The notes beneath the pieces are model-generated. The model had not been told where the DNA came from. It was given only the letters and a program-made list of their open reading frames with translations, and ran no database searches. DNA of 64,000 bases from Myxococcales bacterium (GTDB lineage Bacteria > Myxococcota_A > UBA9042 > JABWCM01 > BTVJ01): assembly GCA_045863395.1 (NCBI GenBank), contig BTVJ01000006.1, positions 133,186 through 197,185 of the forward strand. The letters run 5' to 3'. Made by a program: the position numbers and the translations under genes. Positions within the stretch are counted from its first letter, which is position 1. Each line of letters starts with the position of its first letter. Positions 39,872 through 50,621 of the stretch are shown piece by piece.

Positions 39872-41362
39872 ATGTTCGAGACCGCGGAGCTGGGCCTCAA
39901 GGTGTCCAAGGAGGAGTTCGACGCTGCGGCCGGTCCGCTGCGGCTTGAGCTCGTCGAGGTGCAGCAGGCCCTGCGCGCCGCGCCGTTCCCCGTCATCGTC
40001 GTGTTTGCGGGGGTGGACGGCGCGGGCAAAGGGGAGTCCGCGAACCTGATCTGCGAGTGGATGGACCCGCGGTGGATCAAGACCCGCGCCTACGGGGAGC
40101 CCTCCGACGAGGAGCGGGAGCGTCCGCCGTTCTGGCGCTTCTGGCGGGATCTGCCACCGCGGGGGACCATCGGGCTCTTCCTGACCTCGTGGTACACGCT
40201 GCCGCTCCACGGGCGTGTCTACGGCGGCCTCGGCAAGGAGCAGCTCGACGCGGAGCTCGACCGCATCGTCGCCTTCGAGCGCGCCCTGACCGACGACGGC
40301 GCGCTGATCGTCAAGCTCTGGATGCACCTCGGCAGGAAGCAGCAGCGCAAGCGCTTCAAGGCGCTGGAGAAGGACCCCCTGCAGGCGTGGCGGGTCACGG
40401 CCCAGGACTGGAAGAACCTCAAGCGTCACGAGGACTTCACGAACGCCGCGGAGAGGATCATCCGACGCACGAGCGTCGGGAGCGCCCCGTGGACGATCAT
40501 CGAGGGCGCAGACGAGCAATATCGATCACTCACGGTGCTCACGACCGTCCGCGACGCGGTCCGGCGGCACCTGGCGGCGATCAGGGCGCAAGAGCCCGCC
40601 CCGGCCGAGGCGCCGCCGACCACACCGGAGCCGTCTACCAGACCGCGGCGGGCCCTCGCGTCCCTGGACCTGTCCCTCGCCCTCACCAAAGGCGACTACG
40701 AGCAGCAACTGAAGGAGGAGCGTGCCCGCCTCAACCTCCTGTTTCGCAAGGCCCGCCGCAAGGGACGCTCCACGGTGATCGCGTTCGAGGGGTGGGACGC
40801 CGCGGGCAAGGGCGGCGCCATCCGCCGTCTGACCCCCGCCTTCGACGCGCGGGACGTGCAGGTGCTGCCCATCGCGGCCCCGACGGACGAGGAGCGCGCC
40901 CGTCACTACCTCTGGCGCTTCTGGCGGCACCTGTCCCGCGCGGGCCGCGTGACGATCTTCGACCGGAGCTGGTACGGCCGCGTCCTGGTCGAGAGGGTGG
41001 AGGGCTTCGCGACCGGCGACGAATGGCGGCGGGCCTACGCGGAGATCAATGACTTCGAGCAGCAGCTCGTCTCCCACGGAGTCGTGCTCGTCAAGCTGTG
41101 GCTGCACATCTCGAAGGACGAGCAGGAGCGCCGCTTCCGCGAGCGTGGGGAGACGCCCTTCAAGCGCTGGAAGCTCACCGACGAGGACTGGCGCAACCGG
41201 GAGCGCTGGGACGACTACGAGCGCGCCGTGGACGACATGGTGGAGCAGACGAGCACCGCCACCGCGCCTTGGACGCTCGTCGAGGCCAACGACAAGCGCC
41301 ACGGTCGAATCAAGGTCATCCGGACCGTGTGCGACCGGATGGAGACCGCCCTCGGCGAGTGA
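39872..41362 (+). CDS. pap: Polyphosphate:AMP phosphotransferase (two-domain PPK2)
   Basis: MFETAELG; two Walker A-like motifs GVDGAGKG and EGWDAAGKGG; FDRSWYGRVLVERVEG. Confidence 0.92.
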   Translation: MFETAELGLKVSKEEFDAAAGPLRLELVEVQQALRAAPFPVIVVFAGVDGAGKGESANLICEWMDPRWIKTRAYGEPSDEERERPPFWRFWRDLPPRGTIGLFLTSWYTLPLHGRVYGGLGKEQLDAELDRIVAFERALTDDGALIVKLWMHLGRKQQRKRFKALEKDPLQAWRVTAQDWKNLKRHEDFTNAAERIIRRTSVGSAPWTIIEGADEQYRSLTVLTTVRDAVRRHLAAIRAQEPAPAEAPPTTPEPSTRPRRALASLDLSLALTKGDYEQQLKEERARLNLLFRKARRKGRSTVIAFEGWDAAGKGGAIRRLTPAFDARDVQVLPIAAPTDEERARHYLWRFWRHLSRAGRVTIFDRSWYGRVLVERVEGFATGDEWRRAYAEINDFEQQLVSHGVVLVKLWLHISKDEQERRFRERGETPFKRWKLTDEDWRNRERWDDYERAVDDMVEQTSTATAPWTLVEANDKRHGRIKVIRTVCDRMETALGE

Positions 41363-41564
41363 TCTCGTCGCCGTCGTCCCGGGCTCCTCCGTCCGGCACC
41401 CTGCTCCGAACGGCGACCTTGCCGCCGCAGCAGCCCCCGGTCAGCCGGTGGGGCCGTCACTCAGGCGCGACACGGGAGGGCCCACCTTGACCCGGAGGGC
41501 GCTTCATCTAAAGATGCGCAGGTCCCGGCCGATGGGAGTCGTCGGCGCGCACCCCGGAGGCCCC

Positions 41565-42743
41565 ATGTCCCTGCGTGTCTCCCTGCTGGCCCTGGCGCTG
41601 ACGGCCTGCGCCACCGCCCCGCCCGAGCCCCCGAAGGATCCGCGGGCGGCGGCCCGACTGGCCCTCGACGAGGGGAGGCTCGCCGACGTCGCCCCGCTGC
41701 TCGCCCCGCTGGCCCGCGCGGGCCAGGCGTCGGCCGAGGACCTGGCCGTCCTCGCCGAGTCCTGGCTCCGGCGCGGCGACGGGATGCGCGCCTACGAGGC
41801 GGCCGCCGAGTCGCTCCAGCGCGACCCGGAGCGCCTGCACACCCACGAGATCGCTGGCCTCGCCGCCTCCCTGCTCGGGCAGCATGCGGTCGCCCAGGAG
41901 CATCTCCAGCTCGTCGCGACGCTGCCCGACGTCTCGCCGGAGGTCCTCGGCGTCCTGGCGCGCCTGGCCCTCGAGACGGGCACGCCCGAGGCCGCCGTGG
42001 CCGCCGCCCGGCGCGCCGTCGATGCCGGCGCCCCGGACGCCCTGGGCACCCTCGCCGACGCCCTCGCTCGCGCGGGGGACTCCGCTGGCGCCCAGGAGGC
42101 GCTGTCGCGCGCCATCGCCCGCGCCCCGGACGACGCCGCGACCCGGTACCACCTGGGGAACCTGCTGGCCGCCAAGGGAGACCTGCCGGGCGCCGCCGCC
42201 GCATTTCGCGAGGCCCTGGAGCGGGACCCCATGCTGGTCGACGCCATGCGCAACCTGGGCAGCGTGCTCGTGATGCAGGACAAGGGCGACGAGGCGATCA
42301 CCCTCCTGGAGCGCGCGGCCCGCATCGCCCCCGACAGCCCCGAGATCCAGAACAACCTGGGCGTCGCCTACGCCCGCCAGGGGCGCGCCGACCTGGCGGC
42401 CAAGGCCTTCGCACAGGCGGTGGCCCTCGCCCCGGACCAGCCTGGCATCCGCGCCAACGCCGCCGAGGCCCTCGCCCAGCAGGGGCGCCTCGACGAGGCC
42501 ATCGCGCTGCTCGACCCTGCGAGTCCCCTCCTCGCACGCCTGACCATCGCCCGCGCCTTGGCCCGCGCCCAGTGCGAGGGGCAGACGGACGCAGCGGCCC
42601 TGCGCGCCCGCGTGGCGCGCGACCTTGCGGCTGCCGGCGTCCCCAACGGCGCCACGCGCACAACGGTCGAGGCGATCCTGGCCGACCCGGACGCGCTGCT
42701 CGCCATCGACCGCGCCGTGGAGCGGTGCCGCCCGCGCCCCTGA
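41565..42743 (+). CDS. TPR-repeat lipoprotein
   Basis: Lipobox LTAC; YHLGNLL, RNLGSVL, NNLGVAY TPR motifs. Confidence 0.85.
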   Translation: MSLRVSLLALALTACATAPPEPPKDPRAAARLALDEGRLADVAPLLAPLARAGQASAEDLAVLAESWLRRGDGMRAYEAAAESLQRDPERLHTHEIAGLAASLLGQHAVAQEHLQLVATLPDVSPEVLGVLARLALETGTPEAAVAAARRAVDAGAPDALGTLADALARAGDSAGAQEALSRAIARAPDDAATRYHLGNLLAAKGDLPGAAAAFREALERDPMLVDAMRNLGSVLVMQDKGDEAITLLERAARIAPDSPEIQNNLGVAYARQGRADLAAKAFAQAVALAPDQPGIRANAAEALAQQGRLDEAIALLDPASPLLARLTIARALARAQCEGQTDAAALRARVARDLAAAGVPNGATRTTVEAILADPDALLAIDRAVERCRPRP

Positions 42744-42807
42744 CCGCCGGCTTGCCCAAGCAGCGCCGCGCGAGTACAACCTCATCTCCTGCACCCCGGA
42801 GGGCCCC

Positions 42808-43569
42808 ATGCGCATCGTCCGCTTCGGCCTCGCAGGCCGCGTCCAGCACGGCATCGCCACCGATGACGGCGTCCGGCCGCTGCTCGGCAGCCCGTTCGAG
42901 ACGACGGAGGCACACGCCACCCAGCTCCTCCCCTGGGACGGCATCCACCTGCTGCCGCCCGTCGCCCCGTCCAAGATCGTGTGCGTGGGCCGCAACTACG
43001 CCGCCCACGCGAAGGAGCTCGGCAACGAGGTCCCCGCCGAGCCCCTGCTGTTCCTCAAGCCCCCGTCGGCGCTGCTCCCCCACGAGGGGCGCATCGTCCT
43101 GCCCCCCGAGAGCGCCCGCGTCGAGCACGAGGGGGAGCTGGGGGTCGTCATCGGCCGCCCCCTCCGTCGCGCAACCCCATCAGAAGTCGGGAAGGCAATC
43201 CTTGGCTACACCTGTTGCAACGACGTCACCGCCCGGGACCTGCAACGCAAGGACGTCCAGTTCACCCGCGGCAAGGGCTTCGACACCTTCGCGCCGGCTG
43301 GCCCCTGGATCGAGACGGACGTCGATCCCGCCGACCTGCGCGTCCAGGTGCGCGTCAACGGCGCTACCCGTCAGGATGGAAGGACCTCGGCGATGATCTT
43401 CCCCGTCCCCGCCCTCGTAGCGTATGTCTCGTCCATCATGTCGCTGCTGCCAGGGGACCTGATCCTGACCGGGACGCCGGAGGGAGTCGGTCCTCTCGCC
43501 GCGGGGGACACGGTCGAGGTGCAGATCGAGGGCATCGGGACGCTCAGAAACACGGTGGAGGCTGCATGA
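42808..43569 (+). CDS. Fumarylacetoacetate hydrolase family protein
   Basis: KIVCVGRNY, FLKP, EGELGVVIG, NDVTARD, KGFDTF, ILTGTPEGVG. Confidence 0.92.
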   Translation: MRIVRFGLAGRVQHGIATDDGVRPLLGSPFETTEAHATQLLPWDGIHLLPPVAPSKIVCVGRNYAAHAKELGNEVPAEPLLFLKPPSALLPHEGRIVLPPESARVEHEGELGVVIGRPLRRATPSEVGKAILGYTCCNDVTARDLQRKDVQFTRGKGFDTFAPAGPWIETDVDPADLRVQVRVNGATRQDGRTSAMIFPVPALVAYVSSIMSLLPGDLILTGTPEGVGPLAAGDTVEVQIEGIGTLRNTVEAA

Positions 43570-44552
43570 GCCAGGTGGTGATCCTGCCGACCGAGATCGA
43601 GGCCCACGTCAAGGACGACCGCCCCCGCCTTGCGCGGCTCCGCGACCAGGTGCAGGGCGTCTTCCGCGGCAAGCCGGACGCCGTCGATCTCGCCCTGACG
43701 GCGCTCCTGGCCTCGGGCCACGTGCTCCTCGAGGACGTGCCGGGCGTCGGCAAGACCACCCTCGCCCGCACCCTGGCGGGCTCGCTCGGCGTGACCTTCA
43801 AGCGCATCCAGTTCACGAGCGACCTGCTGCCCGCGGACATCGTCGGCGTCAACGTCTTCGACCCCGAGCGACGGTCCTTCGAGTTCCAGCCGGGGCCCAT
43901 CTTCGCCCACGTGGTGCTCGCCGACGAGATCAACCGCACCACGCCCCGCACGCAGAGCGCGCTGCTCGAGGCCATGAACGAGGGCCAGGTCACCGTCGAC
44001 AACGAGACCCACCGCCTGGAGCGCCCCTTCTTCGTGCTGGCGACCCAGAACCCCAAGGAGTTCGCGGGCACGTATCCGCTCCCCGAGTCGCAGATGGACC
44101 GCTTCCTGTTGCGGGTCTCCATCGGCTACCCGGCGGCGGCCACCGAGGCGGAGATCATCCGCCGCTATGGTCACAAGGACGCGGCCGCAGACGTGCGCCC
44201 GGTGCTGTCCCACGAGGAGGTCATCGCCATGCAGCAGCGCGTGGCGGGCGTGCGGGTCACCGAGGACGTCATGGACTATCTCATGGCCATCGTGCAGGGC
44301 ACGCGTGAGGGCGGCGCCTTCGACCTCGGCGCCAGCACACGGGGCGCCATGGGCCTCTACCGAGCGGTCCAGGCGCGGGCCTACCTCTTGGGGCGCGCCT
44401 ACGCGGTGCCGGACGACGTCAAGTGGCTGACCATCCCGGCGCTGGCCCACCGGGTGCAGCCCCGGGGCCATCGCGAGGGCTCCGCCACGGCGCGCAACGA
44501 GGCGGCGGCGCTCCTGGCGGACCTCCTCGACGCGACCCCCGTCCCCGCGTGA
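43566..44552 (+). CDS. MoxR family AAA+ ATPase
   Basis: EDVPGVGKT, RIQFTSDLLPAD, LADEINR, ATQNP, GTYPLPESQMDRF. Confidence 0.95.
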   Translation: MSQVVILPTEIEAHVKDDRPRLARLRDQVQGVFRGKPDAVDLALTALLASGHVLLEDVPGVGKTTLARTLAGSLGVTFKRIQFTSDLLPADIVGVNVFDPERRSFEFQPGPIFAHVVLADEINRTTPRTQSALLEAMNEGQVTVDNETHRLERPFFVLATQNPKEFAGTYPLPESQMDRFLLRVSIGYPAAATEAEIIRRYGHKDAAADVRPVLSHEEVIAMQQRVAGVRVTEDVMDYLMAIVQGTREGGAFDLGASTRGAMGLYRAVQARAYLLGRAYAVPDDVKWLTIPALAHRVQPRGHREGSATARNEAAALLADLLDATPVPA

Positions 44553-45667
44553 GCGTCATGCGCCGCAAGGGGCTCGGCTTCTGGGCGCGGCTCGGCCGCT
44601 CCAACCGGCTGTTCCCCCGCAAGCTGAAGCTCAACACCGAGGGCCGCTTCCTGGTGTTCATCACCATCGCCATCGGCTTCGCGGCGGTGAACACCGGCAA
44701 CAACCTGCTCTACCTGATCCTCGGCATGCTCCTGTCGCTGATCACCGTCAGCGGCATCCTGAGCGAGCTGACGCTCCGCGACGTCACCGTGAGCCGCGTG
44801 GTCCCGTCCGGGGTCACCGCCGGCCGCGACGCCCTCGTGCCTATCAAGGTCCACAACGGCAAGCGCTTCTTCGCGTCGCTGAGCATCGAGGTGGAGGAGA
44901 TCTTCGACGATCCGGGCACCACCCAGCTCGCCGCCTACGTCCTGCACCTGCGCCCGGGGGAGGAGGCCATCGCGCACCTGCGCGTCCGCTTCACCCGCCG
45001 CGGCGAGCACACGACGGCGGGGCTCCGCGTGGCGACCCGGTTCCCCTTCTCGTTCTTCCGCAAGAGCCGCCTCGTGCTCGATGAGGACACCTGGCTGGTC
45101 TACCCGCCGGTGGTCGACGTGCCTGTTCCGCTCCTCCCCCCGCGCCAGGAGGGCGCCGACCAGCACCGCCCCAAGGTGGGGCACGGCGACGAGCTGTGGG
45201 GGGTGCGCGACTACCGCCCCGGGGACCCTGCGCGGTCCATCCACTGGAAGCTGTCCGCGCGGCGGGGGCGCCTGGTCAGCCGGGAGTTCGAGACCCCGTC
45301 GGTGCGCACGGTCATGCTGGCCTACCCCAACGCCGTGAGCGGCGAGGGGGAGGCGGCCATCGAGGCCCTGGAGGCGGGCATCGTGCACGTGGCGTCCGTC
45401 GCCGCGGCGCTCCTGGACAGGGGCTATGCGGTAGGGCTCCGCACGCTGGACGGCGGAGTCTCCCCCTCTCACGACGGGCAGCACCGCACGGCGCTGCTGT
45501 CGCACCTGGCGCGGCTCCGCACCTGGCGCGCGACGGAGGGGCTGCCCCCGATGGAGATGCCCGGCGAGCGGGGCGTCGACCGCATCCTGGTGAGGCCGGC
45601 GGGCGCCCCCGCCGTGCAGGGGACCTGGGACCACGTCATCGAGGCGGAGGGTGCCCGTGCCGTTTGA
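44549..45667 (+). CDS. DUF58 domain protein
   Basis: AAVNTGNNLLY, RFPF, VRDYRPGD..IHWKLSAR..REFE; follows MoxR; start could be 44558. Confidence 0.88.
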   Translation: MSVMRRKGLGFWARLGRSNRLFPRKLKLNTEGRFLVFITIAIGFAAVNTGNNLLYLILGMLLSLITVSGILSELTLRDVTVSRVVPSGVTAGRDALVPIKVHNGKRFFASLSIEVEEIFDDPGTTQLAAYVLHLRPGEEAIAHLRVRFTRRGEHTTAGLRVATRFPFSFFRKSRLVLDEDTWLVYPPVVDVPVPLLPPRQEGADQHRPKVGHGDELWGVRDYRPGDPARSIHWKLSARRGRLVSREFETPSVRTVMLAYPNAVSGEGEAAIEALEAGIVHVASVAAALLDRGYAVGLRTLDGGVSPSHDGQHRTALLSHLARLRTWRATEGLPPMEMPGERGVDRILVRPAGAPAVQGTWDHVIEAEGARAV

Positions 45668-47831
45668 GCGCCTCCACAAGCTAGTCACCTACGCTCTGGT
45701 CTGCACGGGCCTCGCGACGGTGCTGCTGTCCGGGGAGCTCCCCGCCTTCGCCTGGGTGGTCGCCGTCGTCGGAGTCGCCGCGTCCTGGTTCGCCCGCCCG
45801 GCCGCACGCACGCCGCTCCTCTGGAACGTCGTCCTGGTCGGCATCTTCGCGCTGCTGGTCCTGGTGAGCCTCTCGTCGGGCAACTGGCTCGTCAACGCGG
45901 TGGTCTTCGCCATCGTCATGGTGGTGAGCAAGCTCTTCCAGCGCCGCCGCTCGCGCGACTACTACCAGCTCTACACCCTGTCGCTCCTCTTGATCATCGC
46001 CGGCGCCGTAGTCAACCCGGCCCTGAGCTTCGCCGTCGCCTTCCTGGGGTACGTGGTCCTCCTCACGTGGGGCCTCATCCTGCTCCACCTGCGCCGCGAT
46101 CTGGAGGAACGCAGTGACGCCCTCGCCGCCATGGGTCACGAGGCGGCCGACGCGGCGTGGCGCGTCCGGCAGGTGGTCACCGGGCGCTTCCTGGCCGGCA
46201 CGTCGCTGCTCGCGGTCCTGATCTTCATCTCGTCCAGCGTGATCTTCTTCATCTTCCCGCGCATCGGCTTCGGCTTCTTCATGAACCAGGGGCGGCGGGG
46301 CCAGCAGGTCGCCGGCTTCAGCTCTCGCGTCGAGCTCGGCAACTTCGGGCGCATCAAGGACAACCCGAAGGTGGTCATGCGGGTGGAGGTCCCGGGCGGG
46401 GGACCGGGGCAGCCTCCTCGGCTGCGCGGCATCAGCTTCGACCACTACGACGGGCGCGTCTGGTCGCGGCAGGTCACGCAGCGCACCCAGGACGAGCTGC
46501 CCGCCGGGCGCCACGACGAGCGGCGCGTCACGGTGAACGGCGTCGTGGAGGAGCCGGCGCGCAGCGTCGTCTACGACATCTGGCTAGAGCCCCTGGACAT
46601 GGACATCAACGCCATCTTCGGCGAGCCGCGGCTTCGCGCCATCGTGGTCGATCAGAGCTTCATCCAGACGCTCCAGGGGCGCTCGCGGCAGTTCTACCAG
46701 GACGACCCGAGCGGCGACGTCACCTTCACGGGCCCCCGAGACAGCACGCTGAAGTACCGCGCCCTGTCGGACGTCCCGGCCAAGGAGCCCCCAGGGGTGC
46801 GGCTGACGGGCACGGACTACCCCGCGATGATCCGCGTGGCCTACCTCCAGCTCCCGGCGCTGCGCCCCGAGGTCGCCGCTCTCGCCCGCGAGGTCACGGC
46901 GGAGGCAGCCACGCCCTTCGACAAGGCCCGGGCCATCGAGGACCACCTTCGCAGCAACTACACCTACAGCCTCGCCGGGGACCAGGACCCGGACGACCCG
47001 CTCCATGACTTCTTGTTCGGCAAGCGCCACGGCCACTGCGAGTACTTCGCCACCGCCATGGTGGTGCTGTTGCGGTCCGTCGGTGTCCCTGCGCGCATGG
47101 CCAACGGCTTCCACGGGGGCGCCTGGAACGCCTTCGGCCGCTACTGGGAGATCCGCCAAGGCGACGCCCACGCCTGGGCGGAGGCGTACTTTCCCGGCGT
47201 CGGCTGGCTCACCTTCGAGCCCACACCGCCAGGCGGGGCGACGTGGCCCGCGGACGAGGGGTTCCTGGCCGCCATCGGGCACTGGTTCGATAGCCTCAAG
47301 CTCCAGTGGTACAAGTGGATCGTCGAGTATGACCTGGAGAAGCAGGTCGAGGTGTTCCGGGCCATCGGCCGCCAGCTCGCGGCGCTCGGGGCGGGGCTGT
47401 TCCCGGGGCTCGGGGGAGGCGACGAGGACAGCCAGGGCGTCGGGCTCCGCGCGGCGCTCAAGGACATCGTCAACGCCCGCACCGGAGCGGGCCTGGGGCT
47501 GCTTCTCGGTGGGTCCCTGCTGGCGTGGTTCGTGGTGTGGCTCCTCCGCCGGCCGCGATCACGGGGCGGGCGCAGAGACGTCGCCCGAGCGCGGCGCGCC
47601 TATCTGCGCCTGCTGGCCCTCGCGCGGCGGAGCGGCGTGGAGGTTGGAGCCTCGACCACCCCTGACGAGGTGGTGGCGCGGCTGCGTGAGCAAGAGCACC
47701 CGGGCGCCGAGGCCGCGGGAGTGGTGGTGGACGCGTATCAGGCGGTGCGATACGGTGGGGGGCCTTGGGACGCTGCGGCCAGGGGGCGCGCGGCGGTCGC
47801 TCTGCGCGAGGTCGCGCGGGCACAGCGGTAG
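45651..47831 (+). CDS. DUF3488/transglutaminase (TgpA-like) membrane protein with C-terminal DUF4129-like region
   Basis: Multiple TM segments; GHCEYFA, PARMANGF, HAWAE, FEPTP; YQAVRYG. Confidence 0.88.
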   Translation: MPVPFERLHKLVTYALVCTGLATVLLSGELPAFAWVVAVVGVAASWFARPAARTPLLWNVVLVGIFALLVLVSLSSGNWLVNAVVFAIVMVVSKLFQRRRSRDYYQLYTLSLLLIIAGAVVNPALSFAVAFLGYVVLLTWGLILLHLRRDLEERSDALAAMGHEAADAAWRVRQVVTGRFLAGTSLLAVLIFISSSVIFFIFPRIGFGFFMNQGRRGQQVAGFSSRVELGNFGRIKDNPKVVMRVEVPGGGPGQPPRLRGISFDHYDGRVWSRQVTQRTQDELPAGRHDERRVTVNGVVEEPARSVVYDIWLEPLDMDINAIFGEPRLRAIVVDQSFIQTLQGRSRQFYQDDPSGDVTFTGPRDSTLKYRALSDVPAKEPPGVRLTGTDYPAMIRVAYLQLPALRPEVAALAREVTAEAATPFDKARAIEDHLRSNYTYSLAGDQDPDDPLHDFLFGKRHGHCEYFATAMVVLLRSVGVPARMANGFHGGAWNAFGRYWEIRQGDAHAWAEAYFPGVGWLTFEPTPPGGATWPADEGFLAAIGHWFDSLKLQWYKWIVEYDLEKQVEVFRAIGRQLAALGAGLFPGLGGGDEDSQGVGLRAALKDIVNARTGAGLGLLLGGSLLAWFVVWLLRRPRSRGGRRDVARARRAYLRLLALARRSGVEVGASTTPDEVVARLREQEHPGAEAAGVVVDAYQAVRYGGGPWDAAARGRAAVALREVARAQR

Positions 47832-47849
47832 TGGGGGGAGGGGTGAGCC

Positions 47850-49229
47850 GTGACTGAGCTGGACGAGCTGGAGTCCGTCGTCGGGAGGGGAGACCTGGAT
47901 GGCGTCGCCGCCGTGGTGGGACGGCTCCGCGCCCAGGGGACGCCTGCGCGCTCCCTGCTGCAGGCCGGCCTCGCGGGGGCCCTGGACGGGCTGCCGTCCG
48001 ACGGGTGCGGCGCCTTGGCGCTGGTCGCGCTCTCCTCGGCGTTCTCCCTGGCGGAGGACTCCGTGGACCCGGGGCGCTCCCTGCTGCTCGGCCAGGGGCT
48101 CGGGGGTCTGGCGGCCGCGGTCAAGCGGGGCGGGTTCCGGGCCACACCCGAGGCGGGGGTGGACAGCCGCCCCGAGACCCTCGACGAGGCGATGGCACAC
48201 CGCCGCCCCCTCGCGGCCGCTGGCGCCGTCGTCGCGGCGGCGACGGAGCGAGGGCCCGCCGCGGCCCGCTGGATGCTCTATCGGGCGGCCACTCGGGTGT
48301 TCACCCGCGGGGGGGACGCGCTCATCGGGGCGGTCTGGGTGGGGCGCCTGCTGGACCGCCTCGCCTGGGGAGACGCGGCGCCTTCCGTGCTGGCGCTGCT
48401 GATGACCGGCTTCGACCGCCTCCAGAACCCGGAGCGCGTCGACGCGGCCTACTGGCACCCCACCTGGCCTTCCCTGCCGGCGGGAGCCCTGGTCGTCAGG
48501 CGCGGGCGGCGACCTGTGCCGCGGGCCCTCGACGACGTGCTCGCTGCCCCCGATATCTTCGAGCTGGACACGACGCTCGACGCCAGCTTGCGCTCGGGCA
48601 TGGACGTGGACGCCCTCGCCGAGGCCGTGATCGTGGCGGCGGCGAGGCGCCTGTTGAGGACGCGCCGCCGGGACACGGCGACCCCGGAGCCGCCGGTGCT
48701 GTGGCTCGGCGAGCCGGCACGCGCGCTGGTGCTGGCTCACGCAGCCCGCAGCGCGTGGCGGGACGCTCCATCGACGGAGACGCTGCTCGGCGTGTGGCAG
48801 GCGGCGCGCTACCACGTGCAGACGGCCTGGGTGGAGCACGCCCAGTGGGACCCGGCCTTCTGGCCGACGGAGCCGCCGCCCGGCGCCACGGGCGAGGTCC
48901 TGCTCTCCACCGCATGCAAGGCGATGCGCGAGGGCCAGCCGGGCCTGGCGACGGCCTGCGCCCAGGCCTTCCAGTCCAAGTGGATGGGCCACTCGGTGGT
49001 GAGGGACGCGGCCCGCGCCCACCTGTCGCGGGGAGTGGGCGGTCCGCAGGGCCTCATGTGGCGCTCGCGCTCACTCGAGCTGGCGGCCGCGGCGGTGGAC
49101 GAGATGCGACGCTCGGCGGCCCACCGGGACCTGCTCGCGACGGCGCTGGTGCGGACGCTGGCCTCGCCCGACCTGGCGCCTGACACCGCCTTCTCCGACC
49201 GCATGGCGGCGGCGCTCAACGGGCGCTGA
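47850..49229 (+). CDS. Hypothetical all-alpha protein
   Basis: Intact ORF with high GC3 in the same-strand gene run. Confidence 0.65.
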   Translation: MTELDELESVVGRGDLDGVAAVVGRLRAQGTPARSLLQAGLAGALDGLPSDGCGALALVALSSAFSLAEDSVDPGRSLLLGQGLGGLAAAVKRGGFRATPEAGVDSRPETLDEAMAHRRPLAAAGAVVAAATERGPAAARWMLYRAATRVFTRGGDALIGAVWVGRLLDRLAWGDAAPSVLALLMTGFDRLQNPERVDAAYWHPTWPSLPAGALVVRRGRRPVPRALDDVLAAPDIFELDTTLDASLRSGMDVDALAEAVIVAAARRLLRTRRRDTATPEPPVLWLGEPARALVLAHAARSAWRDAPSTETLLGVWQAARYHVQTAWVEHAQWDPAFWPTEPPPGATGEVLLSTACKAMREGQPGLATACAQAFQSKWMGHSVVRDAARAHLSRGVGGPQGLMWRSRSLELAAAAVDEMRRSAAHRDLLATALVRTLASPDLAPDTAFSDRMAAALNGR

Positions 49230-49315
49230 ACCGCGCTTCGGGGATTGCGCCCAGGGGCCGTGGGGCGGTAGAACCGGAGTCTTGGCGGGGGGCCCTGCAC
49301 ACCGAGGAGGACATC

Positions 49316-49936
49316 ATGAAGCTCTGGAGCGACAGCTTTGCGGACGGCGCGCGCATCCCCGAGCGCCTCGCCTTCGGCAAGGCGGACCCGACGACCCACA
49401 TCGCGCTCGCCGGCAACCGCAACCCGCACCTGGCGTGGAGCGGCCTCCCGGAGGGAACCCGCTCTTTGGTGCTGATCTGCCACGACCCGGATGTGCCGAG
49501 CCGCCCCGACGGCGTCAACCAGGAGGGGCACGTCATCCCTGCGACGCTGCCGCGCGTGGACTTCGCGCACTGGGTGCTCGTCGATCTCGACCCTCACATG
49601 GACATCTCCGAGGGCGCCTTCTCGGAGGGCATCACGGCACGAGGCAAGAGCGGCCCCGCCGGCCCGCACGGGACCAGGCAGGGCGTCAACGACTACACGG
49701 CCTGGTTTGCCGGCGACAAGGACATGGAGGGTACGTACTTCGGCTATGACGGCCCGTGCCCGCCGTGGAACGACGAGCGTCTGCACCACTACCACTTCAC
49801 GCTCTACGCGCTGGATGTGCCTCGCTGCCCCGTCGAGGGCAGCTTCGGCGTCGCGGAGGTGCGCGCCGCCCTGGAGGGGCACACCCTCGGGATCGCAAGC
49901 ATCGTGGGGACCTACGCGACGAATCCAGAGCTCTGA
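49316..49936 (+). CDS. YbhB/YbcL family Raf kinase inhibitor-like (PEBP) protein
   Basis: NPHLAW, HDPDVP, FAHW, YDGPCPP, HHYHFTLYALD; RBS GAGGAGG. Confidence 0.93.
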   Translation: MKLWSDSFADGARIPERLAFGKADPTTHIALAGNRNPHLAWSGLPEGTRSLVLICHDPDVPSRPDGVNQEGHVIPATLPRVDFAHWVLVDLDPHMDISEGAFSEGITARGKSGPAGPHGTRQGVNDYTAWFAGDKDMEGTYFGYDGPCPPWNDERLHHYHFTLYALDVPRCPVEGSFGVAEVRAALEGHTLGIASIVGTYATNPEL

Positions 49937-49939
49937 GGG

Positions 49940-50443
49940 ATGGATCCGCACCTCCTGATACGCCCCGCCGAGGCGCGGGACGTGGGGGCCGTCGTCGAGG
50001 TCGTCGCCACGGTCCTGGGCGAGTTTGGCCTCACGTTCGGGGTCGGCAGCGGCACCGACGCAGAGCTTTTGGATCTCCCCGCCTCCTACACGGACCGGGG
50101 AGGCGCCTTCTGGGTCGTGGAGGACACGACGTCGGGGCGCATCCTCGGCACCTGCGGCGTCGGCCTCATCGAGGAGGGCACCCTGGAGCTCCGCAAGATG
50201 TACCTGACGGCGGAGACCCGAGGCCGCGGCGTCGGCCGCGCCCTGCTGGCTCAGGCCATCGCGTTTGCTCGTAGCGCGGGGGCGACCCGTCTCGTCCTCG
50301 ACACCACCTCCGAGATGCAGGCGGCGATCCGCCTGTACGAGGCCGCGGGCTTCCGCCGCGACGACTCCCAGGTGCGCGGCAGCCGCTGCAACCGCGCGTT
50401 CTCCCTCGATCTGGGGGGAGCAGTGGGGGACGCGCAGCGCTGA
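49940..50443 (+). CDS. GNAT family N-acetyltransferase
   Basis: ELRKMYL..RGRGVG, LDT, AIRLYEAAGF. Confidence 0.9.
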   Translation: MDPHLLIRPAEARDVGAVVEVVATVLGEFGLTFGVGSGTDAELLDLPASYTDRGGAFWVVEDTTSGRILGTCGVGLIEEGTLELRKMYLTAETRGRGVGRALLAQAIAFARSAGATRLVLDTTSEMQAAIRLYEAAGFRRDDSQVRGSRCNRAFSLDLGGAVGDAQR

Positions 50444-50621
50444 TCGCGGGCGCTGGCAGCTTCTCGGGGTGAGCCTCATCGGCGGCAGCCACCGGGATCG
50501 CGCCTGTCGGTCACCCATGCGCGCCGGAAACCCCCGTGCAAATTCCGGTATGAAGACATGCTGACCCGAAGAAACGTCATGTGCTATGGTGGCGTGGCCC
50601 CCCGCGCCGTCGAGGTAGACC

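Noticed and set aside
43566..47831. MoxR-DUF58-transglutaminase as a novel system
   Set aside because: Well-known, widespread gene trio
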